Notes under the pieces: model-generated
Told to the model about the DNA's origin: nothing
Databases searched by the model: none
The model's input: the letters and a program-made list of their open reading frames with translations, nothing else
Position numbers and translations under genes: made by a program
Assembly: GCA_038087875.1 (NCBI GenBank)
Contig: CM075977.1
Span: 187,984,001 to 188,048,000, forward strand
Direction: 5' to 3'
Origin: Malacoraja senta
Taxonomy: Eukaryota
Length of the DNA stretch: 64,000 nucleotides
Shown here: positions 38,497-49,945 of the stretch, piece by piece
Layout of the letters: each line of letters begins with the position of its first letter
How positions within the stretch are numbered: the first letter of the stretch is position 1

Positions 38497-39474
38497 ATGC
38501 CTTACATTGGTCGAGGACTTTCTAGGCCAACGGTGGATATACTCACTGCAGCCTGGAGAAAGAGTACTCAAAAGCAGTATATGACTTATGTAAAAAATGG
38601 GAACAATATGGTGTTCAAAAGAATATTCAATATGATACTGTAGTTATTGCAAATGTGTTAGAGTTTATCTACACTTTATTATGATGAAGGTCTTAGCTAT
38701 ACTGCTATCAATACAGCTAGAAGTGCTTTGTCCGCATATCTTGTAATAGGTACACGGACACAAAGTATAGGTTCTCACCCTCTCATATCTAGGTTGATGA
38801 AAGGAATCTAATTCCAAACTGCCTAAGCCTAGGTATATGGTAATCTGCGAGGTAAGCGTTGTTCGTAACATACTTCGTGATTAGGTCCCTGTCATGGCTA
38901 TAACTTTGTTAAAATTAACCATGAAATTGGCTATGCTAATGGCATTGGTGTCATTGCCATTACAGAGAGTGCAGACTTTCCAAAAAACTTCAGTTCGAGA
39001 GAATGGAAGTGAATACAGAGAATGTTCTGTTTTATATTTCTGACCTGCTCAAACAAAGCGGGCCAGGTGTGACAGGTTTTAAGATTGTGTTCTCAGCATA
39101 TCCTACAGCTCCATGTTTATGTGTAAGGACACATTTGTTACATTACATTGAAGCCACAAGGGCTTTAAGACAAGAAGAAACAGGATTATTTGTCAGTTAC
39201 AAAAAGCCAACATAAAAGAGTGGCAGTTCAGACTATCTCAAGGTGGTTAAAGCAAGAGTTGGTTCAGGCAGGAATTAACATTTATGTGTTTACATCTCAT
39301 TCCACTAGCGCAGTAGCAACATCCGCGGCCAGGGCGATGGACGTTCCCATCGACCATATATTAAAAGCCGCAGGTTGGAAAAATGAACTTGTGTTTCAGC
39401 AATACTACCATCGGCCGATTGCCGATGGAGGGCTGTTTGCTAACTCAATATTGAGTGCTGTTGCTATTGTTTAA
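38497..39474 (+). pseudogene. DIRS tyrosine recombinase remnant
   Basis: RGLS..AAWRKSTQKQY, QRVQT, QTISRWLK, HSTS (canonical HSTR altered), ILKAAGW..VFQQYYHR; frameshifted. Confidence 0.92.
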
Positions 39475-39684
39475 AGTCTGTTTTCAATACTGTTTTCATT
39501 CTGTTTCGTTTGTTGCCCTACATCAAGAGGGTTTATTGGTTGTTTTATGACCAAAAATAAAACTGTTTTGTTTTTGCATGATATGCAATGTCATGTTTAC
39601 AGCATTATTGATGCTACTCAGAGTCAATCGATGCAGTGAGAAGCCGGGATTTTGATCTGCGGCATAAAAATCAGAGCTTTAAAA

Positions 39685-39796
39685 TCTTCACGTAGTCACT
39701 CACGTGACTCCGAAGTAAAATAGTAAGATTAAACGAGAACTTACCAGTTTGAAGTTTGATCTTTATTTTATGAGGAGTTACGTTGGTGATTACGTG
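39685..39796. repeat. DIRS internal complementary region (ICR)
   Basis: The 5' half is the reverse complement of the left terminus (1 mismatch) and the 3' half is the reverse complement of the right terminus (no mismatch seen); they overlap at AATAG (39719-39723). Confidence 0.95.
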
Positions 39797-40074
39797 CCCG
39801 CCACGCCCAACCCTCTCTCATAGAAAAAAGGTCATAATGGTAGTTCTCATGTTGATCATCTTAATATGTTACTTCAATTATGGTGTTGTCTGTGATTTCA
39901 TACCGCTGCTTTGAAGATTGACGCGCATGCGCCCTGACGGGGTTCTTCACGTAATCACCAACGTAACTCCTCATAAAATAAAGATCAAACTTCAAACTGG
40001 TAAGTTCTCGTTTAATCTTACTATTCTATTCTATTTTATTCTATCTATTCTATTCTACCTATCTATACCGTGTG

Positions 40075-41107
40075 CGGACGGGACGTCAAAGGACGAGAAG
40101 CCGAAGCCAAGAAGTGGAAGCCAGGATACCAAACGGACATGACGCCGAAAGGACACGAAACCGAATGGACACGACGCTGAAAGGATACAAAACCGAATGG
40201 AAACCACGCCGCAAAGACAAGACGCAGAACGGACATGATGTCGAAAAGCCGCCGAATGGACATGACGTCTCCGGGGACGGGATTTGTCCGAGACCTTGTC
40301 AGCGATTGGTCCAGATTCGTCCATCACTTCACTGGCCAGGGGGAGACGGGAGGGTGGTGGGGGGGGGGGGAGCTTGAGCTTGCGTTTGTAAAATGGTGGC
40401 AGTGACTCCAAGCTGCTACAATTGCCACAGAGGCAGTGATGTGATGGACGTCGCGGGGGTCTGGATCAATCGCTGACCTTTATCGATGACTGAAAAGGTG
40501 TCGGAACAATCCCATCCCCGGAGACGTACAAGGTACAACAATTTAACCATTTCAAAATGTAACAAGGTACAACAATTCTTGCAGCCAATCTAGATTTTTT
40601 AAAGTGTTTCATACCTATTTATCATTTTGGCTTCATGTGCGTTCGGCGTCAGATTGTTTTTCGGCTTAAAATGTGATGGGGAATGAACATGACGTCGAAC
40701 AGCATCAGTGGCAATCGCAGCAGTTTGGAGTCACTGCCCCATTTTACAAACGCAAGCTCAAGCTCCACCCCACCCTCCCGCCTCCCCCCCGGCCAATGAT
40801 GTGATGGACGCGGGGGGTCTGGAACAATCGCTGACCTTTGTCGATGACTGACAAGGTGTCGGACCAATCCCGTCTCCGGAGACGTCATGTCCGTTCGGTG
40901 GCGTTTCGACAACATGTCCGTTCTGCGTTTTGTCTTTGCGACATGGTGTCCGTTCGGATTCGTATCCTTTCTGCGCGATGCACTTTTGGCTTCTTGTCCT
41001 TTCGGCATGATGTACTTTCGATATTTTGGCTTTTCGGCATGATGTACTTTCAGTATCTTGGCTTCCACTTCTTGGCTTCGGCTTCTCGTCCTTCAACTTC
41101 CCGTCTG
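40075..41107. mobile_element. Foldback-type TIR element (MuDR/Foldback-like) with 16-bp subterminal repeats
   Basis: Inverted arms at 40075-40428 and 40708-41107; tandem units resembling GGACAYGACGCCGAAW. Confidence 0.8.
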
Positions 41108-41114
41108 GGTGCCA

Positions 41115-41606
41115 TCTATACATTACTGAAACTGCAGTTGGGGGAGAGTTCCCATGTGCATCTTTACTGCCATCGCAAAGGGCACCTGACAGGTCATCGG
41201 CCACTCCTGCGCAGATTGCGGCGGCGGCGGCGATAGGGATAGTGGTGGGGGTGTAGGGGGACGTGAAGTGGGGGAGGTGGGGGATAGAGGGATAGGAGGT
41301 GGGTAGGGAGGGGAGAGGAGTTATGGAGGGAGGGAGTGAGTAACTGAGGGTAGGGGAAAGGAGAGGGAGGGAGAGGTGAGTGTGGGATTGGGGGAGGGGA
41401 GGAGGAGAGGTGAAAGAAGAGGGATGGTGAAGAGGAGAGGGAGGATATGCTGGGGGCTGATGGGAAATGAGCCGTACCTGCGCAGTTGGGGGCTATGGGT
41501 AAGTGGTGGAATATTGCTTTGGGGGAATGGGTTGCGTTGGGGGAACGGGTGAGTGGTGGAATATTGCATTGGGGGAACGGGGCCCAACGGGTCCCACTTG
41601 GTCGAG
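41115..41606 (+). mobile_element. Non-autonomous Helitron-like element
   Basis: A|TCTATACATTACT 5' end; 3' hairpin GGGGCCC-AAC-GGGTCCC followed by CGAG|T (variant of CTRR); no TSD. Confidence 0.6.
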
Positions 41607-43382
41607 TAGCTATTAAATTAGTGTTCTTCTTCTTCTCAATAAAGGATCAGTGTTCATGCCGTAAATACAAGTTTGATACATCAGGAGTGTTCATTTGATA
41701 CTGAGTAAATTAATTTCAAGTGCTCACTGTCCAACCGCTTTTCTCCCACTGCCATACATTTTTTTTCATATTTCCAACTTTAAAAAAAAATCTGATTATG
41801 TGCTGCTATCACAGAGCAGTAGAAAATGCAAAAATACTGGTGTTCATAAAATAGCAAACTTGTTCATTAGTTAATTTGAAAATCTGAATTACTCAAGTGC
41901 AAATGTTGGAAATTAATAAGAGAGAACTAACTAATGCCTGACTGACTATACTTATGTTAATTATCACACCAACAAAAAAAAGACAACGCTGCAATATCAT
42001 TTATGGCCCCTGAAGCCTATTCCACCGTTCACTAAGATCATGCCAGATCCAAATTTAAGAAGGTCTGCAAGGACAAGCCAGGGAGCTTCAAGCTGGTGAG
42101 CTGAACATCAGTAATGGGTAAGTTACTGAAAGGGTTTCTGAGAGACAGGATAAGTGCTGAATGCTGCTGATAAGTGCTGTTCAATATTATGTTTGAGGCT
42201 GGGATCAGAAACAACTGGCAGAGTATTCGTACAGCTTGAAGATTTTGGAACATAATTTTCATATTCATCTCAAAGCAAAAGTAATATAAAATAAATCTGT
42301 AAAGTAAATTATGTGCAGAATTTAAAGTTGTGTTATCTTTTAATGGAAATGTTGAAGGACTGGTGAATCAAAGTATGAGTGCAAACGATAAATTGATTTA
42401 AATGATTACTTAATCTATTATTAGAAAAAATAATCATTATTTTAGTCTGTGCTACATATTGTTGCAAATGGAATTTTATGACAGTTTGTATGCTGGTTAG
42501 TAATTGCTCCAAATTGGTCAAAATAGGTGATATGGATGTAAATGTTAGCTTGCTTAAATATTAATATTTGGTGATTAATTTCAATTGATTGGATAAATAG
42601 ACTTTTGTTAACTTAAAGTTAGTTGCATTTCATAAAAGGATGATCTGAGATAAATAGAAATGGTGTTGTGCATCATTCAACAAGTGCTGACCATGGGGAG
42701 AAAGAGCAGAGCAGAGCGTGCTTGTAACAAAATTGTGAAGGAAAAAATAGTTCCTGCATCCCAATAAGATGGGGTGTAGGAGGCTATTGAAGCAAGCTGT
42801 GATGTCAGTGGGAATAGAGAATCATGGAACTTGATGGCGGAAGGTTAACCAAATTATTCAAATGCCATGCTGCAAAAGTTTTAATGATCTGGCATGATTA
42901 TTCAAGGTCAGTAAATATGATCTATTTGTATTTCCCTCATGTACTGTTGAACAGGTATAATGAAAGCAGTGGAAGGCAGTTTATATGGAGCACAAATAGT
43001 GCAAGTCACCACTTGGGCTAAATATGCCGTAAATTGAAATAATTCAATGTATTTAAGGAGGAGCTGGAGAAATTACCCTAATACATTGGCCAATAGTTAT
43101 TTTCAAGCAACATGATAATTTACATTGTTTTTATTGGGACCTTTCTTTTCCAACTATTCTCTACATTGCTATAGTGTTTACTTGGCTGTAAAATACTGTG
43201 GCTGATTGTGATCTTCACACAATTCCAAGTTTTCCTCAAGACAAACAAAATATCTTGTGCCGATAAATATATTCATTTTATATATGGCAGATGACAGATG
43301 CGTTGATGATGTGACTCACAGGAGATGGCCGATTTGCAAATTGCTTTCGCTGACTGGCTGAAGGTTTTAAACAGAAACTAAA

Positions 43383-45495
43383 TAGGCAGTGGGCCGAGGA
43401 GCTTTATTCCAGTGTTTCGTGACCCAAGTCACCAAACTACATGAAATTTTAACATATTGTGTAGAAATATTATATAAATCACCCCTGAAACTCGTGATGA
43501 ACAAGACTTGCACATTTTTATTAAATTAGAGAAAAAACGGAAAATTGTCGGGTATTTTTAGTCCAATCAAAGCACGTTTAACATTGAGTTGTATGCCAGT
43601 TGGCCAATCACGCGCTTTGTTTCAGGCTAGCTAGGCAGGGAGCACTGAGAGGGCTTCACTGATGCCTGTTTTACTGGATATTTCGATGAAGATTCTTTCT
43701 AGTTCTGTGGAATACATGTCGTGGAAACTTGCAGCAGGGTAATTGAATTTAGTGAGAAAAGCATTAAGAAGTCTGAAGAATGTGCTGCTAAGTGGATGGA
43801 AGTGGAACAAAGCCTTGAAAGCAAAGTCGCTGCTGAGGTGCTGCAACACAAAGGGGACAGCCAGGAATCAACACTAATGGAAAGGTGAGATCTAAAGTCT
43901 GAATTTATGAAAATCTATCTGTATGGACTTTAATTAATTTAATTGCACCCTTTTATAATGTGAAAAAATGAGATTTGGAGGTNNNNNNNNNNNNNNNNNN
44001 NNNNNNNNNNNNNNNNNNNNNNNNNNNNNNNNNNNNNNNNNNNNNNNNNNNNNNNNNNNNNNNNNNNNNNNNNNNNNNNNNNNNNNNNNNNNNNNNNNNN
44101 NNNNNNNNNNNNNNNNNNNNNNNNNNNNNNNNNNNNNNNNNNNNNNNNNNNNNNNNCTTAACAGCTGCAGCCCGCCTGCAGTCCGTCTGTTTTTTCTTTT
44201 TTTTTTGTTCCCTTGTCCTGTTTTTAGTTAATTTTGCTTTATTAGGTTGTGTATGTGTGTGGGGTGGGAGAAACATGTTTTTGTCTCTTCCTCGAGGGGG
44301 GGCGACTTTTTTTCTGTCGTATTCCCCGTCTCCGTCTCCGTCTGCGCCGAGGCCTAATGGCGGAGCTGGCGGCCTCGGAGCTGTGGCAGTGTTCCAGTGG
44401 CAGCGGCAGCGGCGACCCGACTCAGTCTTGGAGCTGTGGCGGCGGCAGCAGCAGCAGCGGTAGCGGTAGCGGCGACCCGACTCGGCCTCGGAGCTGTGGC
44501 GGCGGCAGCTGCGACCCGACTCGGCCTTGGAGCTGTGGCTGTGGCGGCGGCAGCGGCAGTGGCCCGACCTCGGAGGCTCGGCCGCGGGCCCAGTGGACGA
44601 CATCGTCGGGAGCTCGCGGTTCACAGGTTGGTGACCTGTTTTTCCGGAGCTCCCGCAATGACAGCTTCGTCCGCTGGTCTGGAGGGCGGCAGCTCCGGCA
44701 GCTTCGACCACCCCGGGCCGCGGAGTTTGAACCGGCCCGTTCGCGGAGCACGGTTGAGCCGCGGGACTGACTTACTTACCATCACCCGGTGGGGTCACAA
44801 CATCTGAAGCCTGGAGCGCCTCGGCACAGAGGGAGAACAAGGAGGAAGAGACAGAGACTTTAAGATTTTGCCTTCCATCACATTGAGGAGGTGCCTGGTG
44901 AACTCACTGTGGTGGATGTTAAATTTGTGTTTATTGTGTGTTTTTGTCATTTTTATTATATGTATGACTGCAGGCAACGAAATTTCGTTCAGACCGAAAG
45001 GTCGGAATGAAAAAATAAAATTCAATTCAATTCAATTCATTCATTCATTCATTCATTCATTCACTCACAACCCATTAATTAGGCTGGTTCAGGAGCAGGA
45101 CCTCTGCGACTGTCATTAAAAAAACACTCACAATTATATTCATCATATTATTTTTATATAATATAATTATAATTAATTATATATGATTAGTCATATTTAC
45201 AAGTTATATATATATATTTATATAGGTATAATAATATATAGTTTAAATGGACTGCAACACAGAAATAGGCTGCCCATGGTGTAATATGGGCATTGGCCAG
45301 TAGATGGCGCTCACTTTCCCGATCTCATTTTCTAATTAGTTTAATTAATTAATGTGCAGCTTTTGGCAATGACGAGTTATGACTTCCTTCTCAATTATAT
45401 TTCATCTAAATCTGTGGAAAATGTCATGTAGTTTGGTGACTTGGATCACAAAAACTGATTTCTAGACACATTTTTGATGCTCGGCCCACAGCCTA
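43383..45495. mobile_element. Unclassified TIR DNA transposon carrying a nested retroposon
   Basis: TAGGCAGTGGGCCGAG / CTCGGCCCACAGCCTA termini plus inner inverted repeats (CCAAGTCACCAAACTACATGA) at ~43412-43450 and ~45418-45454. Confidence 0.75.
44157..45066 (+). mobile_element. Composite non-coding retroposon with GC-rich VNTR and Rex1/L2-type tail
   Basis: Repeated GGAGCTGTGGC..GACCCGACTC units; 3' GAAATTTCGTTCAGACCGAAAGGTCGGAATGA..AATAAA and (TTCAA)/(TTCA)n. Confidence 0.65.
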
Positions 45496-47189
45496 AAAGG
45501 AATGTGGACATTTGACATGTCTATTGTTACTCATTTCAAAGAAATGATATAGAAGTTTTCATTTGCAAGTTTGCTGTGCATGGCAGTGAATTAGTATGCA
45601 GATTATGCCTCTGTTCTGTCATTGCCAAATAACTGTGAGAGTATTACCATGAGTCAGGCTCTCATAAAGCAATGGAAAATTACTGTATTCTCAGTCCAGG
45701 CTTCAAGCTAATAATAGCAGGTCATAGAAAATATGTACAATTAGTAAAATATAAAACCATATTCCAATAACTTGCAAACCTTTGATGCATAGTTAGTATT
45801 TTGAGATGTTCAAATTGTTTCCACATTGTTATCTGTAGATTCAGACTTTTACGTGCCCATCAAAGAATTTCTCCCTACACATTTTATCAACTGTTCTCTG
45901 TAACAGAATAATCTAAAGTTGTTTTAAATATACAATTCTAGTCAATCACAGCTTGACAGAAATTTCATCTAACGCTGTCAAGAAAAATGTGGGAAAAATA
46001 TATTTTTTACCTGTTTCACAAATCTCAGCTTTCTTGGAGATGTTTAATGAGAATTCTTATGCCTTAATTGGACGTTAAAGCAATCAAACCTCCTTACGGC
46101 CTTTAACTACTCCTATAACATATCTTTGCAATTGTAGAAAGCTATTTCCAAGGTATACTGAAAATATTTCAATGGTTGCTTAGTTGCTTGAAGTTTTTGC
46201 AATTGAACTCCACATGTCCATTAGTGAGACAGCACTGGGAACATCGCAGGAAGAGAAGATAGGCAGATGCAATGAAAACTAGTAATACTGCTGTCTTGGA
46301 TAAAATGGTACATTATGCACTTGGGGCTAAGTGCACTCACATTCATTTTTCTGTACATACTATTGTATATTTTCTTTACATTTCCTGCTGCAGGAGGAGG
46401 ACTGTTTTTTATTTATAAATGATCTGATAACACATATTTTTCCTATAACTATCTCCCATTTCTAAACTCCAATTGAACAGCCCTTATCTCAAACCTTTTA
46501 TAGAATTTGAGATTGTTGTTTTTTTTTTTACCATTCATGACATCTTTTGAAAATATTGTCATTCCATTGAAAATGTTTTAAAAAAAACACAAAAATGAAG
46601 CACCAGCAAATCTGTGGAGTCGTTTTGCAAACAGTTATGATTCAGTTGGCCTTTGGATGTATACAGCAGGAACAAAAGTGATGTCTCCATTAGACATCAG
46701 TGGGGTCAGCACATAACATAATTTTACCAACTTTGCTAACTCAATATTTGTAGACTGGGAAATGCTGATCGAATAGAATGACTATATGGAAAATAGAATT
46801 ATATACTGGGAAATATCACTAAACAGGAGTTAAAATTGAATGTACAAACATATAAGCTGGAATTGAAATCATAAATAATACATTTAAAACAATATCACTA
46901 TCAGATGGCAATTTCTTTGAATGGGTACAATTATAATAGATTGAAGAAAAATATGCAGTGCTAAGGAGGGTAATTTTTGACACTAAGCAAAGCAGACGAG
47001 TAATTTCTGGCTGTCCTGTCAATGTACACTATCCTCAGTCCATGTTCCTCTGCATTGAGATTGTCTACGTTACACTAGAACCAAAACCAATAATCATCAA
47101 TGTATTTTTTAGATTGACCCTGTCATTTCCAAGATTGAGCAGGTAGATCACATGAAGATATGAAGACAAGTAGCACAACATGTTGGTGG

Positions 47190-47640
47190 ACGACGTTACT
47201 GTGATTCTGCGATGAAGTATAGATTAAATGATTGGGCAAAAATCTGGTAAATCAAGTTTAACAAGGGGTTGTATGAGGTCGTAAGAGGAATCATACACAT
47301 AAGACCCTACTGGGGTACTTACAGGATAGATGTTGATGAGTGAGAAAGTCACAAACAAGGGAAGATGATACAAAATAAGGAGCGGGCCATTTAAAACTGA
47401 GGTGTGTGGAGATTTCTTCTCTCAGAGTGTAGTAGATCTCTGAAATTCTATGCCCCATATCATTGTGGAGGCCAGATCATTTAATACATTTAAAATAGAG
47501 ACAGGTATATTTAAAAAAAGAGGAATTTATGATTATGGGGAACTGGCACTGAATAGAAGTTGAAGCCAACATAATCGTAGTGAACAGCACAGTAGTCTTG
47601 TGCAGACTAGTACCCTACTCCTGCTCTACTTTCTTGTGTA
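47190..47640 (+). mobile_element. Old CR1 fragment
   Basis: GGGCCATTTAAAACTGAGG..TTCTTCTCTCAGAG..GGAGGCCAGATCA..CCTACTCCTGCTC; similar old pieces lie at ~17040-17500, 19860-20160, 50930-51500 and 56680-57090. Confidence 0.6.
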
Positions 47641-48454
47641 AGAAGAATAGCAATGATGATAAGCAAGATATTGTTTAAGTTCTTTGCAGTAATAATTCAT
47701 TATGTTATGAGAGAATTTAACAGCACAGAAGGAAACCATTCTGTCCACTGTGCATCCAAGACCTCTGAAACTAATCCCCACCTCGGTTTCCTATCTCCTT
47801 ATCCTGCAAACTCAGCCTTTTCCAGTACATTAGCCTCTCTAGGTGCAACAAGTCAATGAAGGATGGATGAGGAGATTGATCCAATGCTACTTCCTACATA
47901 TAATTTGTAAATCTGAGCTGGAGAGGAAGTGTGATGAATAAATAATGAGACGTGATCCTTGAAATGTCAGACTTTGACTACACAAGTGAAGAATTTTGAA
48001 CCTGCACGGAAAATTGCCACTGAATTGTAGTATCTCTTGATAATAATGAAAGCCTGGACATACAATAACTTACAATGCACTGCCAAAGCTGTTGTGGTTA
48101 GAGCTATTAGAACTTTGGCCAAAACATCTGGTAAACTTTCCAGATCCTTTCAGCATATTGTTACGTGATGCTTCACACCAACATGAAACGTTCTAGAATG
48201 GGCAAATTGTTAGCCATCTAGCTGAAGGATGATCATTTTAACAATATAGCACATTAGTTTAGATTGTGACTTTGAATGCTATGTGTTGTTAATGTATGAC
48301 CAAACGACAAAGACACTACAAGTCCATCCAACAGGACATGCTGACATATAATAACAAGCAAATACCGTGCCTAGGTTGAATTCTTCAATGCTTATAACAC
48401 TTAAAAGTAGCAGAATGAGCCATTTAGTTCTCTGCTTTTTTGAACAAATGGAAT

Positions 48455-48722
48455 ATAGTCATAGTCATACAGCATTGAAACAGGCCCTTTGGCCAACTTG
48501 CCCACACTGGCCAACATGTCCCAGCTACACCAGTCCCATCTGCCTGCGTTTGGCCCGTATCCCTCCAAACCTGTCCTATCCATGTACCTGTCTATCTGTT
48601 TCTTAAACATTGGGATAATCCCTGCCTCAACTACCTCCTCTGGCAGCTCGTTCCATACACCCACCAGTCTTTGTGTGAAAAAAATCCTTTTAAATATTTC
48701 TCCCTTCACCTTAACCCTATGG
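48455..48722 (-). mobile_element. CR1 3' fragment, same subfamily as 1036-1398
   Basis: ORF 48401-48775 contains FFTQRLVGVWNELPEEVVEAG..GYGPNAGRWD; ATAGTC tail. Confidence 0.85.
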
Positions 48723-49452
48723 AATCTAGTCCTCCTGGAGAAAATAGTCTTTCTCATAACAAATGGAACTAGCAACTTTCAGGAGGTGAAGTCACCCTTT
48801 ACTGTGAAGACAAGTTTCTAGGCTTTCATGCTAATGTGAGGGAATAGTAGAATGTGAAAAATCAAACACAGTGATATGTTAAACCATGTGCATTTCTTTT
48901 ATGGCAGATTTTACTTGCAAGCTTAAAGGAATAGTTTGCAAAGTTTCACATAACTCCTAAAGGTAAAAATAGAAGAAAAGGAAAGATACCCAATTCTTCT
49001 GGACCTGCCAATGTCTATCTGCAAATGTACAAGTTCCCTCAGCAAGTTTGCTTTTTACATAGTCTGTTCCAAATCAATAGGAACTGGAAGAAACTGAGGT
49101 ATGCTACTGTCAGTAAAGGTGCGAACATTTGCAGTGGAATGGTAATTGGGCAGAGTTCACTATATATTTGTATTTTTCATCAACCTCTGAAAAAATAATT
49201 TCATAAAAAAATAGAAACAGTGGGGGTCTATTTGGGTCTTCAACTCAGCTCTGTCATTCAATAAGATCAAGAGTCAAGAGTGTTTTATTGTCATATGTCC
49301 CAGACACTGTCTAACAATGAAATTCTTACTTGCAGCAGTACAACAGAATATGTAAACATAGTACACTGTAAACAATATAATAAACGAGAGTAAAACAAGT
49401 TCAGTGTGTGTATATATACAAATACTCACAAATACACGAATATATAGATCAT

Positions 49453-49945
49453 AGATAGACACAAATATCTGGAGTAACTCAGCGGGACAGGCAGCATCTC
49501 TGGAGAGAAGGAATTGGGTGACATTTCGGGTCGACACCCTTCTTCAGACATTGTGCCTTTTTTGTGTAAAGAAAGTTGCCCCTCAGGTTCCTATTAAATT
49601 ATTCCCTCATCACCTTAAGCCTATATCATCTAGTTTTAGGGTCCCTTATTCTGGGTAAAATATTCTGTGCAATTACCCCATCTATTTCCCTCATAACCTT
49701 ATACACCTCCACAAGATCACCCCTCAGTCTCCTGCGTGCCAAGGAATAAAGTATTTCATTCATTTGTTCTATATCTCTCTACATCACCGTCTATATCCCT
49801 TGTTTCCTTTTCCCCTGACTCTCAGTCTGAAGAAGGGTCTCGACCTAAAACCCATTCCTCTCCAGAGATGCTGCCTGCCCCGCTGAGTTACTCCAGCTTT
49901 TTATGTCCATCTTCGGTTTAAACCAGCATTTGCAGTTCCTTCCAA
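49453..49945. mobile_element. Penelope inverted terminal arms enclosing an internal CR1 fragment, nested in a Rex-tailed element (49262-50010, minus strand)
   Basis: Left arm 49453-49548 is inverted relative to 49825-49912; 49560-49752 is CR1 ORF2 sequence on the minus strand. Confidence 0.7.

Larger units (their letters stand above)
35205..40025 (+). mobile_element. DIRS1-type tyrosine-recombinase retrotransposon, coding-defective
   Basis: Non-identical inverted terminal repeats (35234-35268 is the reverse complement of 39919-39953), internal complementary region at 39685-39796, and domain order gag-RT/RH-MT-YR. Confidence 0.95.

Noticed and set aside
40134-40270. Periodic repeats as a CRISPR-like array
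   Set aside because: The units are contiguous 16-mers without unique spacers and are mirrored in the opposite TIR arm.
43953-44807. Long overlapping Arg/Ala/Gly/Ser-rich ORFs
   Set aside because: They are low-complexity translations of a GC-rich VNTR and an N gap, open in several frames.
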